A stretch of DNA of 64,000 bases from Basidiobolus meristosporus CBS 931.73 (GCA_002104905.1 MCFE01000383.1:19891-83890), one strand, 5' to 3'; numbered from the stretch's first letter, positions 14,250 through 27,790 are shown. Notes: generated by a model from the letters alone, not told the origin. Numbers and translations are program-made.

Positions 14250-15000
14250 ATAATGCCAAGAGATATCTGCATCAAAGCTGTTACAGTACTGTCAAGTTTT
14301 TTCCATAAATGGCAATTGGATGTACTGGCTGGTTGGCTCCACTCAAACAAGTGTAGGCCACTATAAAATTATAAGAATGCTATCATAATTCCATTAAAGG
14401 ACAGTTTTGATACAGTTAAGTTTATTAACCTATTGAGCAGTAAATTCAACAAAACACCATTACAATCCCATCATAAGATTGTAAGGAGGGTCAATAAATC
14501 CAAGCTGCTGGTATTATGATAGCCTCATTGCCATATCTTTACAGTTGATCTGGATTGGATCCACCCTTGGGACCAAATTATTGTCAAAGGGTGCAGGCTT
14601 AGTAACTAGGATCACCCACCACAAGCCTTAATATATCATGGCCAAATTCTTTATGGGGATCTATGAGAGTGCTTCTACCAAGCTGCCAAGTTCCCAAAAT
14701 ATAAGAAATCTCAAGGCTGTATCAAAGTCCCAGACCTCTGCAGGTACACTCTTAGGATCTTTATTGGTCCAACTTGCCAGCAATGATAGGTTTGGAGAAA
14801 TGACCAATTTGGGTTACTTATTGCAATATGATTAATAGCATAAGACAGTATGGTGTATATGGCTTGCTCAATCACCAACCTTGACATAGAAATACATACT
14901 ATGAGGTCAATGCATGAATGTACTGTTAGAAAATAATAACAAAAGGTGGACAGATTCACTTCATAACATCAACTGATATTCAAGTATCTCAAAGCTTGAA
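14250..15000 (-). mobile_element. CACTA/EnSpm transposase relic (N-terminal catalytic part, opposite strand)
   Basis: Degenerate IDPPYNLMMG (canonical IDPMHNLFLG) near 14465-14495, with upstream YTILSY..N and QVGP motifs. Confidence 0.45.
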
Positions 15001-16164
15001 ACTCCTGATATCTTTGGTTCAAGCTATCTTGCAGACAGGCACGCACGTTTCCTACAATAATATTAGGCTAAATAGTTTACATGGCAAATTTGGTAATCAG
15101 CTAACCAATACACTCACAAAGACTTGCAGCTAAAAAATTACAAGAAAAACACCAGCAGAATGCCAGCAAAAATTCCTTTAGGTAGTGATCAGATCAGTTA
15201 ACTTGGACAGTTCACACTTTCTGTAAAATGCAGCTGGAAGATGAAAGTTGATACAGTGCCAGTTTGGAGATAATCTAAATAGCATACACCAGATCTGCTG
15301 TAGCCAAAAACCTGTCGAGACTATGCACTGTACATCTCTCCTACTGGTGTGGCTTATCATCAGCTTTGTTTCACTATTCTACATCGGCAATGTTTGCACT
15401 TTCACCAATAAAGAGAGTAAAAAGTTCCATGGGTAGGAGACGGAATGGCAGCTATGGTCCCATGATCTATTCATTACTATTCCTACCTGGTACGTAGGTC
15501 TACAACCGTGGGGATATTCAAGAATTCGTAGAGCCTAACGTATGGAGAGTTTCTATTGAGGTACAATGGGAACTTATATGTAGCATGTAAGACGAATGAA
15601 AATAATATCCATCTGGATGCGTCTTTGGTCAAGATGCGGCAGATATAGACCATTGTTGGTATAGTGGTACACAAGCTAGTGACGAGCCCCATTGACAAGA
15701 TCGAAACCATTTTGAATGTGAAGAAGGAAATCCTCTACAGTTCTGACAATCAAGCAACTGCAGATCACATCTAAGACTGTAAACTAGCCAGGGACAGGTT
15801 GACCATTGCATTCACTACGGACTGGCATGTTGTGCATGATTTTGCTCGAGAATATTATGAGGCTTGCCATTTGAGGGAACTTACAGGTTGAGCTCAAATG
15901 GCCAGAATTCGGGCGGGTTACACACTTCATGGACCATTGTATGATGGCAAATGCGGCCTCAGATAGAAGGATTCCTTATGTTAAATTTAAGCTTAGCCCG
16001 GTCGGTAGATAACAATTGATTGGGCGAATGGGCAACTGGAATGGTAGGGCAGATCGATTTCTGATCAGAAATTCACCAATGTGACGGGTACGTCCATCGA
16101 CTGAAGCCTATAAAAGGCCCCACCAATGCACCTGAGTGCACCACATCTTTGATTCTTCATTTCC

Positions 16165-18690
16165 ATGCGAGCCATCTCCTTGCTAGTTCTTCTGCTTTCC
16201 CAGCTCGGAAACAATGAGGCGTCATACACGAAGCGAGGCGTCCTGAGACGAGGACTGCTCGATATCGAGCGTAATTCAAACGAGGAACTGGCCCCATACA
16301 TCGTTGAGTTTGAGGGATTCAGTGAGGACCCGAACGACCACCATCTTACCCACTTGGACTTCTTGAGCAACCTGGATGCCGTAGGCATTCGTTACAGCGA
16401 ACGCGTTAGATTCACCACTGTCCTCAACGCCATGTCACTCAACATCCACTCGAAGCATCCTGAACCTACTCGATGCCCATCCTCAGGTGAAAAGAATCTG
16501 GCCTGTGACGCAACACAGGCTTCATGCTCCTGTGCCACCATCCCCTTCGAGAGGACTTCCATCCGACTTGATCTCGAACATATACCTCTCTACGGCAGTG
16601 GACAGAGTGCATCAGCAACTGAACAACACGGGGGCAGGATATCAAGGTGGGGATTGTTGACTCTGGTGTTGATTACAATCACCCATCGCTGGGCGGATGC
16701 TTCGGGCCAGGATGCAAGGTCGGCTATGGCTTCGATTTTGTAGGAGATAGGGTATTGAATGACAAGCCAGATGAGCGTCCTATGGATTGCAATGGTCATG
16801 GCACCCATGTAGCGGGTATAGTGGCCGCAAGGGATGCCAACTTCGTGGGAGTTGCTCCAGATGTGATCCTTGGAGCCTATCGTGCGTTGGGCTGTGATGG
16901 TACCGGAGAGACCGACACGATTATTCAAGCCATCGAGAAGGCAGTCGATGACCATATGGACATTATCAACCTATCGTTAGGCAGTGAAACTCCATTCCCC
17001 GATATATTGGAGACTGCTATTGTTGAACGGGCCTCCAGTCGAGGAAGTCTGGTCATCGCAGCCGCGGGTAATTCTGGTGCTCAAGGACAATGGACCAGTC
17101 GGTGAGCCTTCAACTGCAAGAACAGCAATTGGAGTGGCCTCATTTGAAAGTCCTTCATATCCTGGACAGAAAGCAGTGCTGGACCAGTATCCCGAGCACC
17201 CAATCATATTTGGCTACGGAGACGGGAGGCCGATCTCTATTTCACATGCGAAAGTTACGGTCGTCACGTACGATGATTGCATGTCCATTCCCGCAAAACT
17301 GGGTGGGTCCGTTGCCGTATTGAACTCAAACGTATCGTCAGATGATTGTGACATGATCACTCAATATACAAAGGTTAAGGAAGCCGGAGCAGTTGCCATC
17401 ATTGATGGATCTACATCTGATGAACCCAACATCCCAGAAATACCCTTCGGTGTGAATCTACCCATTCTGGGCGCAGCAAAGAGGGACTTTGATTTTCTCA
17501 TTAAATCTCTCAGGAACACAACCATCACCCTGACCACTTTGGGGAAGGTCCAACTCCATCCAAATCCATATGCAGATAAGCCATCCTCCTTCAGCTCATG
17601 GGGACCTGATTTCGAGCTGAACCTGAAACCTGAGGTTGGCGCCCAGGTGGGAAGATCTACTCAACCTACCCACTTAGCCTTGGGAGGCTATGCCATATTG
17701 AGTGGAACCTCCATGGCTTCACCTTTCCTGGCGGGTGCTGGTGCACTTCTACTCCACGCACGCAGAACAGCCGGTCTTCCTACTGATGTCGACACAATGC
17801 GCAGTATACTGATCTCATCGGGAGCCCCAGCATTGGCCAATGTGACTACGGATCGATACGTTCCAGTGGGGAAACAGGGAACAGGTCTGATCAATGTCTG
17901 GAATGCCATCCATAAGACCACCTTGGTGAGCCCACTGAAAATATCCTTGAACGACACGGTCCATGCCAACCTAAGCCATGTCCTTACCATCACCAATACC
18001 AACACGATACCCATCACCTACAACATCACTCATCGACCAGCGCTGTCAGTCAACGGCTATGACCCCCAGGGCTACCTAGTGGATTCGACCAACCTTGTGT
18101 TCTCCGAAGCCTCAGCTGAGGTACAGTTTGATACTGCCCAGGTTACCATTGAACCTGGGAAATCGGCTCAATTCTCAGCCCAATTTGCACCACCAATCAT
18201 GAATAGCCAGCCATGGATATACAGTGGCTACATATTTGTGACTGGCTCAGATGGGAGTTCTCCGGCGGCAGTGCCTTACTTGGGTCTTGCAGGAGATATG
18301 AGTGAGCTTAGAGCGATCGACACCACCGGCCCCCATGCCCCCACTCTAGTGCATTCCAAATCCAAAAAGCCGGAAAAGGTTTATAACTTCAGCAGAAATG
18401 AAACCGCCATTGTTATTATCCCGTTGCTTCATCCCACCAAGCTTATCGTAATCTACGTCACTGACAAGTCACAAGAGCCCATTGGCTATCTAACAGCCAG
18501 TGAGAATATGGGCCTGCCAGCCGATAGAATACTCACTCTGAAATTCAACGGAACCGTTCTGGGTAACGACGGGTCTGAGCAGGTGTTGAGCAACGGTCAA
18601 TATCAGGTGGCGGTTAGATCAGCAGTTCCATTTTCCAGTCAAGAATCCGATGTCTGGATTTCATCCCCGATCCAGATCATCACCACGTGA
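16165..18690 (+). pseudogene. Secreted S8 subtilase copy 1 (I9 propeptide, S8, PA, Fn3-like), frameshifted
   Basis: Signal peptide MRAISLLVLLL; catalytic triad VDSGVD / HGTHVAG / GTSMASP. Four 1-bp indels relative to copy 2, near 16458, 17097, 17640 and 17672. Confidence 0.9.
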
Positions 18691-21332
18691 TATATGTGAT
18701 TGATCGAAGCATTCCATCATGATTTAGTTCCACCTGCCAAAACCACACCAAATTGAATAAACCCCCACGGCAATTCAGTAGGAAGCAAGAGAATCATGCT
18801 ACCCAAAAGCTACTTCCAATTATATGCAAGATTCAGTTTCCACTTGCTTCAAGCCAATCCCAGGCCCCAGTTCTACTTGTTTTATGGTCTAGGTTGGACC
18901 AAGCATTGAAGTTAAAGCTCAAGACTATTCCCATATGACTGGAAACTTCGTTTCTGGCAATATTGTAGACATGTAAATGCAAGAATCGGAGTATGTGAGC
19001 AGGCTATAGCATCCACTCTCAACGTACTTCTAAAAATGAATGTTGAGTGGTTGTATTACGTGCTAATGTGATCTCCTAGAGTTCAATATGATCGTTTGTG
19101 AGTCGATCATCACAGAATAGTTTTACCTACATCGTGTTGCACCGCAAAGTCCTTTTTATGTACGAAGAAGAATGGCATGAATTTTTCATATTCAATAACA
19201 ATCGGGATCTCGGGTTGTTAATCCAGCACTACTGTCTGTCAACGATATAATATACACCTATAATTTGAAAGTGTCAATGATATCTACCTAGATACCAGTC
19301 TCAGTGTTGCTTAAATGGGGCTCTTACGGTGTCTACAAGAAATTCCCACCAGAGTATAGCTATATTATTCGGCATCTATAAATTTATGCTATTGCCAAGC
19401 AGGATTACTTCTGTTAGGCAAAGGCGCCCCCATGGGAAAATCCCTCCCTGTGAGTCGCACCGTCTTAGATAAGGAATTCTTGGGAGAGTTGACGTACCGC
19501 AGATACTGCTCAGTGAGAGAAGCGGCTATTCTGTTTGAGTCGAAGCTGGGATGCCTGCACCTTTCACATACACCCAATCAAGATTGTTAACTTCCAATTT
19601 AAAACATTGGTTGTGGGTCAATTTTGTCGTTTTATTATACATATGTGCATAGCCTCCGTAGCCACATTAGATGGACCCCAGTGCTCGCATAACCAGTGTA
19701 AATCCTTGCTCTACTGAGCACTTTCTGTGATCTTTTTATGATGACGTGCCAATGGCATTTTAGAAATATTTGGTATTACCCTAAGGCTCCCATCATTGAC
19801 TTCAACTCTTGGTAGACCGTTATGAAGTAGTTCCAGTAGTACCTAGCGTTTTGTTTGCCTTAGCATATCAATGTCTGAGAACCTCAGTTGCCATTATGTC
19901 ATTTTTGGAAAATCAAGCTATTGATATCAAAGTCGACCTTTAGAAGCCAGCACTTGGAGAAAAAAGAAAGCCAAAATAGTTACCTGATGACTTGGAGTGC
20001 TTCTTGATAGATAACAGGTAGTAACCACTGGTTCTTTACTGGATGGTAGAGCTACTAAAATCAGGCCTATCAAGAAATGATACTCACTTGATTATAAGTT
20101 ACTCTGTGTCTAGGTAGAAGACTACTCCCATTATGCATGCTGACTGCCAACCATACAAACTCTTTAGCTTAGTGAATATATAACCTATTAGATCTGCTAG
20201 GTGCGTTATGGCAAAAATCACTGATGAAGAAACTCATTGGAGCCTTGCAAATACATCATTTTAAATGAACAAACATTGCTTAGTCACTGAAATAGCAGTT
20301 ATATGTGTTGTAAACTGTATGTTGATACACCTAAACCTGTACCTTGATTATAAAGTGTATATATTAGCTATACATGCCAGGTTCTGTTAGTTTTGTTTGT
20401 GGAGGTGTGCTTTCTGTATTCAAAAGTACACTCGTTACTATAATTTGCCATATGATCCACTTTGCACTGCTATGAGACCATGTACCTGGAATGGCATTTC
20501 TGTGGCAAATCGATTAGAGTTTGCATTTTGGTTAGTTAATAAGTTTCAGATTGGATTGGTATATCAATAGTATGTGGCATGTTGGATGCGACAGTACAGC
20601 AGTTATAGTTGTATGTATTTTAAAACCATGTGGTCCTTTGGGTGTAGGAAGATTAATCCATAGAGACATTTCCAGAAAGTATTCCAATCCCTGCAGAGAA
20701 TTTGATCAGGAAATAATAAGGCTCATACATTACCATCAAAGTGTCGAAATCGATATAGATATTCCGATGCAAATATGAAGTTTAAAACAGGTAAGACAAG
20801 AAATGTTTTCAAGGTTGAGAGTTTAATGAGTTCCCTGCCGCAATATTACGAGAGAGAGTGTATAGAGCATGTAGGGCAACTGGAGTGAATATCCAGAAGG
20901 ATGAACCTTTCACTGATGCGATGCGAGGCGAATGGGGAACAGGGTTGGCGTGGTGGCACTCAAGCTGGCGACACGACAAAAATCGAAGTATCTCGCGTAC
21001 GCACAATTTCGACGAAAATATTCATGTCACCGATAATATTGGTTGTGATCATGAGGCTTACCTTTTGGGGGAACACGCAGGTTTGGCCGACTGGTCAGTA
21101 ATGCGGCGTGTCGCACGCTTGATAGACCATTGTGCTATGGTGAATGCGGTTTCAGATTGAAGGATGCCTTACATTGAACTTGAGTTCAGCCTAGCTGGTA
21201 AGTAGCAGCAGGTTGGGTGAATCCATTTCCAACGAGAAATTCATGATTGGAACGAGTATGTTCATCGACTGGGGCCCATAAAACCCATCACCTGTGTACT
21301 GGAGAGCTCCACGCCTTTGATCCCTCACTTAC

Positions 21333-23856
21333 ATGCGAGTCATCTCCTTGCTAGTTCTTCTGCTTTCCCAGCCCGGAAACAATGAGGCGTCATACACAAA
21401 GCGGGGCGTCCTGAGACGAGGACTGCTCGATATCGAGCGTAATTCAAACGAGGAGCTGGCCCCATACATCGTTGAGTTTGAGGGATTCAGTGAGGACCCG
21501 AACGACCACCATCTTACCCACTTGGACTTCTTGAGCAACCTGGATGCCGTAGGCATTCGTTACAGCGAACGCGTTAGATTCACCACTGTCCTCAACGCCA
21601 TGTCACTCAACATCCACTCGAAGCACCTGGACCTACTCGATGCCCATCCTCAGGTGAAAAGAATCTGGCCTGTGACGCAACACAGGCTTCATGCTCCAGT
21701 GCCACCATCCCCTTCGAGAGGACTTCCATCCGACTTGATCTCGAACATATACCTCTCTACGGCAGTGGACAGAGTGCATCAGCAACTGAACAACACGGGG
21801 GCAGGTATCAAGGTGGGGATTGTTGACTCTGGTGTTGATTACAATCACCCATCGCTGGGCGGATGCTTCGGGCCAGGATGCAAGGTCGGCTACGGCTTCG
21901 ATTTTGTAGGAGATAGGGTATTGAATGGCAAGCCAGATGAGCGTCCTATGGATTGCAATGGTCATGGCACCCATGTAGCGGGTATAGTGGCCGCAAGGGA
22001 TGCCAACTTCGTGGGAGTTGCTCCAGATGTGATCCTTGGAGCCTATCGTGCAATGGACTGCAATGGGAACGGAGAGACGGATATCATTATTCAGGCCATC
22101 GAAAAGGCTATCTGTGACGGAATGGACATTATCAACCTATCGTTAGGCAGTGAAACTCCATTCCCTGACACTTTAGAGACTGCTATTGTTGAACGGGCCT
22201 CCAGTCGAGGAAGTCTGGTCATCGCAGCCGCGGGTAATTCTGGTGCTCAAGGACAATGGACCGTCGGTGAACCATCAACCGCGCGAACAGCCATTAGTGT
22301 TGCCTCATTTGAAAGTCCTTCATATCCTGGACAGAAAGCAGTGCTGGACCAGTATCCCGAGCACCCAATCATATTCGGCTACGGAGACGGGAGGCCGATC
22401 TCTATTTCACATGCGAAAGTTACGGTCGTCACGTACGATGATTGCAAGTCCATTCCCGCAAAACTGGGTGGGTCCGTTGCCGTATTGAACTCGAACGTAT
22501 CGTCAGATGATTGTGACATGACCACTCAATATACAAAGGTTAAGGAAGCCGGAGCAGTTGCCATCATTGATGGATCTACATCTGATGAACCCAACATCCC
22601 AGAAATACCCTTCGGTGTGAATCTACCCATTCTGGGCGCAGCAAAGAGGGACTTTGATTTTCTCATTAGATCTCTCAGGAACACAACCATCACCCTGACC
22701 ACTTTGGGGAAGGTCCAACTCCATCCAAATCCATATGCAGATAAGCCATCCTCCTTCAGCTCATGGGGACCTGATTTCGAGCTGAACCTGAAACCTGAGG
22801 TTGGTGCCCCAGGTGGGAAGATCTACTCAACCTACCCACTAGCCTTGGGAGGCTATGCCACATTGAGTGGAACCTCTATGGCTTCACCTTTCCTGGCGGG
22901 TGCTGGTGCACTTCTACTCCACGCACGCAGAGCAGCCGGTCTTCCTACTGATGTCGACACAATGCGCAGTATACTGATCTCATCAGGAGCCCCAGCATTG
23001 GCCAATGTGACTACGGATCGATACGTTCCAGTGGGGAAACAGGGAACAGGTCTGATCAATGTCTGGAATGCCATCCATAAGACCACCTTGGTGAGCCCAC
23101 TGAAAATATCCTTGAACGACACGGTTCGTGCCAACCTAAGCCATGTCCTTACCATCACCAATACCAACACGATACCCATCACCTACAACATCACTCATCG
23201 ACCAGCGCTGTCAGTCAACGGCTATGACCAGAATGGTTACGTGGCGGATTCGGCCTAACCTTGTGTTCTCCGAAGCCTCAGCTGAGGTACAGTTTGATAC
23301 TGCCCAGGTTACCATTGAACCTGGGAAATCGGCTCAATTCTCAGCCCAATTTGCACCACCAATCATGAATAGCCAGCCATGGATATACAGTGGCTACATA
23401 TTTGTGACTGGCTCAGATGGGAGTTCTCCAGCGGCAGTGCCTTACTTGGGTCTTGCAGGAGATATGAGTGAGCTTAGAGCGATCGACACCACCGGCCCCC
23501 ATGCCCCCACTCTAGTGCATTCCAAATCCAAAAAGCCGGAAGAGGTTTACAACTTCAGCAGAAATGAAACTGCCATTGTTATTATCCCGTTGCTTCATCC
23601 CACCAAGCTTATCGTAATCTACGTCACTGACAAGTCGCAAGAGCCCATTGGCTATCTAACAGCCAGTGAGAATATGGGCCTGCCAGCCGATAGAATGCTC
23701 ACTCTGAAATTCAACGGAACCGTTCTGGGTAACGACGGGTCTGAGCAGGTGTTGAGCAACGGTCAATATCAGGTGGCGGTTAGATCAGCAGTTCCATTTT
23801 CCAGTCAAGAATCCGATGTCTGGATTTCATCCCCGATCCAGATCATCACTACCTGA
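21333..23856 (+). pseudogene. Secreted S8 subtilase copy 2 with one frameshift
   Basis: 641-aa ORF with complete triad. An extra C near 23255 (GATTCGGCCTAACC versus GATTCGGCTAACC in copy 3) moves the C-terminus into ORF 23143-23856. Confidence 0.9.
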
Positions 23857-24862
23857 TCGATGTAATTGATTGTAGCCTCCCATCATAGTTTGGTTGTATC
23901 TGCTAAACCACACCAAGTTGAATTGTCTTGCAATGCAGTAATGGATGTGTAACCCATCGCACCTAGAAGCATCATTCATCCTTATTAATCTCCAACAAAT
24001 TGCTTGTGTAAAATCGAAATATATGCATAATCAGAAGCAATACTAATTATTGGTAACAAATCAGATATGTCGAATGCATGGCCAATCCTCGAAAAAGCAA
24101 ACGGAGGGCTGAATCTTTGTTGGGAAGAACATATGGTTGATATTTCATCAGATATGGCACTGATTCATCATAATACACCCAGTTATAGGCTTGATACTTG
24201 GGCTACTTCTGTGTTGTTTACTGCATCGCTTGAAAGCTATATCCAAATATGGGGATATACAGACTTGGTAGACCCTACTTTAAGATAGTTGATTATTCTC
24301 TAGCCATACCATCTTGTATGATTGTGAACAGAATCACCACTAGCAGCGGTGTGCGTTAACATAGAGATATGATTTCCTACCAGTGACAGAAATATCCATG
24401 ATGGACATTGTGGTAGAACTTCTTTTATTGGAGTGCGCTACGAGGCAAGCGCGACGTGACAAACATAGAAATGGATTCAATGCACCAGCCTATTCAGTAA
24501 TTATCGTATCATTGCGACTCTGGCGTGACGGCATCTGATGTAGCCAACCATCCACAAAGCCATCTGCTTGAATGAATTTCCAGAAACCATCTGGAGCGTC
24601 GCTGCAATCAACATAAAGAGGTGAGACAGCCATTTTCATAAACCGGATCAGTTAAGGAGCTTTGTGCTACGCCAAATGAGGTCTCAGCATGAACCTCAAA
24701 TATAGCCCAGTTGGCAGGCAACAAAAGATTGGGCAAATCAGAAGGCTGGGCGAATCAATAATCGATACATAGTTGGCGAATGCGATGACCTCGCCCACCG
24801 GATTCGATGAAGTCAATAAAAGCATCCGCCATATCACTGCAGTGCTCCACTTTTTCATCTTG

Positions 24863-27382
24863 ATGCGAGTCAGCTGTTTGGTTGCTCTACTGATTTCCCG
24901 GATCGGAAGCAACGACGCATCCCATGCGAAGCGAGAAATCTTTAAGCGTGGTTTGGTCGATATCGAGCGTAGCGCGAACGAAGTATTGGCCCCTTATATC
25001 ATCGAATTCGAGGGATTCAGCGAGGACGCAAACGCCAATCATCAAACTCATCTAGGCTTTCTAAGCGACCTGAATGCCGCAGGTATCCGCTACACTGAAC
25101 GGGCTAGATTCGCCACGGTCCTCAATGCTCTGTCAATTAGCGTCCATTCGAAGCATTTGGACCGACTGCACAATCATCCCCAAGTAAAACGGATCTGGCC
25201 TGTGGTAAACCACCGACATTTTGCTCCTATTCCCGCATCTTCTTCTCATGGGCTACCATCGGATTTGATCACAAACACATATCTCTCTACGGCAGTGGAC
25301 AGAGTGCATCGGCAACTAAACAACACCGGGGCAGGAATCAAGGTGGGGATCATTGACACTGGCATAGACTACAACCACCCATCCCTGGGTGGCTGCTTTG
25401 GGTCAGGATGTCGAGTCCGCTATGGCTGGGATTTCGTGGGAGATAAGAAATCGAATGCTAATGGCCCAATGGATTGTCATGGGCATGGCACCCATGTAGC
25501 AGGCATAGTGGCCGCAAAGGATGCCAACTTTGTTGGAGTGGCTCCTGATGTGATCCTTGGAGCCTATCGAGTTCTTGGCTGTGATAGTAGAGGAGAGACT
25601 GACGTCATTATCCAGGCCATCGAAATGGCAGTCCGTGACCAAATGGACATTATCAACCTGTCGTTAGGTGAAAACAATCCATTCCCGGACACGCTAATGG
25701 CTACCATTGTTGACCGAGCGACTAGTCGTGGTGTTCTGGCCATTGCAGCCGCAGGCAACTCGGGGATCAGTGGACAGTGGACCGTTGGAGAACCGTCCAC
25801 CGCACTCACCTCAGTAGCAGTGGCCTCATTCGAAAGCCCTTCATTTCCTGGGCAAAAGGTGGTGCTGGATCAATACCCCGAGAATCCGATGGTTTTTGGA
25901 TATGGAAAGGCTGAACCCTTCTCTTTTGAGCACACAAAGGTTTTGGCCGTGATGTACGATGGCTGTAAACCTATTCCCGTGAGACTTGACGGAGCAATCG
26001 TCCTCTTTCACTCCAAGAGACTTACCGTAGCATGCAATACGGCCACTCAATATTCCAACGTCGAGAAAGCAGGAGCAGTTGGAATCATTGAAGGCTCCAT
26101 TTTCGATGAGCCGCACGTTGCACTCACACCATTGGGTGTGAATATACCTGTTATGGGCGCTACAAAGGGGGATTTTGATTCTCTCCTGGCTAAGCTTATC
26201 AACGACACGCCCATCACCCTGACCACTTTGGGGAAGGTTCAGCTATATGCCAGCCCGTATGCTGATAGGCCATCCTCGTTCAGCTCATGGGGACCTGATT
26301 TCGAGTTGAATCTGAAACCTGAGGTTGGCGCTCCAGGTGGGAATATCTACTCAACCTACCCACTAGCCTTGGGAGGCTATGCCATATTGAGTGGAACCTC
26401 CATGGCTTCACCTTTCCTGGCGGGTGCTGGTGCACTTCTACTCCACGCACGCAGAGCAGCCGGTCTTCCTACTGATGTCGACACAATGCGCAGTATACTG
26501 ATCTCATCAGGAGCCCCAGCATTGGCCAATGTGACTACGGATCGATACGTTCCAGTCGGGAAACAGGGAACAGGTCTGATCAATGTCTGGCATGCCATCC
26601 ATAAGACCACCTTGGTGAGCCCACTGAAAATATCCTTGAATGACACGGTTCGTGCCGACCTAAGCCATGTCCTTACCATCACCAATACCAACACGATACC
26701 CATCACCTACAACATCACTCATCGACCAGCGCTGTCAGTCAACGGCTATGACCAGAATGGTTACGTGGCGGATTCGGCTAACCTTGTGTTCTCCGAAGCC
26801 TCAGCTGAGGTACAGTTTGATACTGCCCAGGTTACCATTGAACCTGGGAAATCGGCTCAATTTTCAGCCCAATTTGTACCACCAACCATGAATAGCCAGC
26901 CATGGATATACAGTGGCTACATATTTGTGTCTGGCTCAGATGGGAGTTCTCCAGTGGTAGTACCTTACATAGGCACCGCAGGAGATATGAGTAAGCTCAG
27001 AGCAATAGATGTCACCGGGCCACGCTCCCCCGCTCTGGTGCATTCCATTTCGCAAAGGCCGGGATTCTTCTATAACTTCAGCAGGAATGAAACCGCCATT
27101 ATTACAGTCCCATTGCTTCATCCCACCAAGAATCTTGGAATCCATGTGATTGATGAGCAGAAGAACCACATCGGCTACCTCATGGCGAGGAAAGACGTGG
27201 GACGTTCGCTGGGAACGCCGCTCACTCTGAATTTCAGAGGAAGCGTCGTAATCGACAACAAAGGCTCCAGACGGGAGCTGAGGGATGGCCGATATCATGT
27301 AGTAGTTGAAACGGCGATTCCATTCTTGAGACAAGAGTCGGATATCTGGATCTCACCCCCAATCGAGATCATCAATACCTAA
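24863..27382 (+). CDS. Secreted S8 subtilase copy 3, intact (839 aa from MRVSCL)
   Basis: Signal peptide, IDTGID, HGTHVAG, AAGNSG, GTSMASP, PA insert and C-terminal Fn3-like region in one uninterrupted ORF. Confidence 0.95.
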   Translation: MRVSCLVALLISRIGSNDASHAKREIFKRGLVDIERSANEVLAPYIIEFEGFSEDANANHQTHLGFLSDLNAAGIRYTERARFATVLNALSISVHSKHLDRLHNHPQVKRIWPVVNHRHFAPIPASSSHGLPSDLITNTYLSTAVDRVHRQLNNTGAGIKVGIIDTGIDYNHPSLGGCFGSGCRVRYGWDFVGDKKSNANGPMDCHGHGTHVAGIVAAKDANFVGVAPDVILGAYRVLGCDSRGETDVIIQAIEMAVRDQMDIINLSLGENNPFPDTLMATIVDRATSRGVLAIAAAGNSGISGQWTVGEPSTALTSVAVASFESPSFPGQKVVLDQYPENPMVFGYGKAEPFSFEHTKVLAVMYDGCKPIPVRLDGAIVLFHSKRLTVACNTATQYSNVEKAGAVGIIEGSIFDEPHVALTPLGVNIPVMGATKGDFDSLLAKLINDTPITLTTLGKVQLYASPYADRPSSFSSWGPDFELNLKPEVGAPGGNIYSTYPLALGGYAILSGTSMASPFLAGAGALLLHARRAAGLPTDVDTMRSILISSGAPALANVTTDRYVPVGKQGTGLINVWHAIHKTTLVSPLKISLNDTVRADLSHVLTITNTNTIPITYNITHRPALSVNGYDQNGYVADSANLVFSEASAEVQFDTAQVTIEPGKSAQFSAQFVPPTMNSQPWIYSGYIFVSGSDGSSPVVVPYIGTAGDMSKLRAIDVTGPRSPALVHSISQRPGFFYNFSRNETAIITVPLLHPTKNLGIHVIDEQKNHIGYLMARKDVGRSLGTPLTLNFRGSVVIDNKGSRRELRDGRYHVVVETAIPFLRQESDIWISPPIEIINT

Positions 27383-27539
27383 CGAATGAAGCATTTAACC
27401 AATTTTGTCATATTATCATATATTCTGGCTCAACCCAACAATTAAATAATTTCCCACAAAACCTAGCTAAATAAATCCATGATGGCAAGATTAATGAGTA
27501 GCATACGCAGATTTGGTGAACGTAACCTTATGAAGCCCA

Positions 27540-27790
27540 TCATTAGGGATTTAGGTGGGTGCCATCTCTCTACACCAGTGGATAGACTATCTTTGGATAT
27601 GGAAATGGAGAACCCTTCTCTTTTTACAAGAAGATTTGAGTCGTCGAATATAATGGCTGTATACCTGGTCGGTGAAACTAGACAGGAAAGTTGTCATACC
27701 GAAGTATATTAGGTGAGTTGTATATTGTCCACTTGATACTCCAATGTTGCAAGAACAGCTGACCTTCCAACTCGTATCGACATACTGCGG
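27540..27790. pseudogene. Scrambled relic of a fourth subtilase copy
   Basis: Plus-strand pieces match copy 3 near 25280 (CTCTCTAC..CAGTGGA.AGA) and 25895-25975 (TTTGGATATGGAAA..GAACCCTTCTCTTTT). A minus-strand piece reads NIGVSSGQY (compare GNSGISGQW). Confidence 0.55.

Noticed and set aside
19389-19620. Possible LINE C-terminal fragment
   Set aside because: Weak resemblance only; no RT motif nearby.
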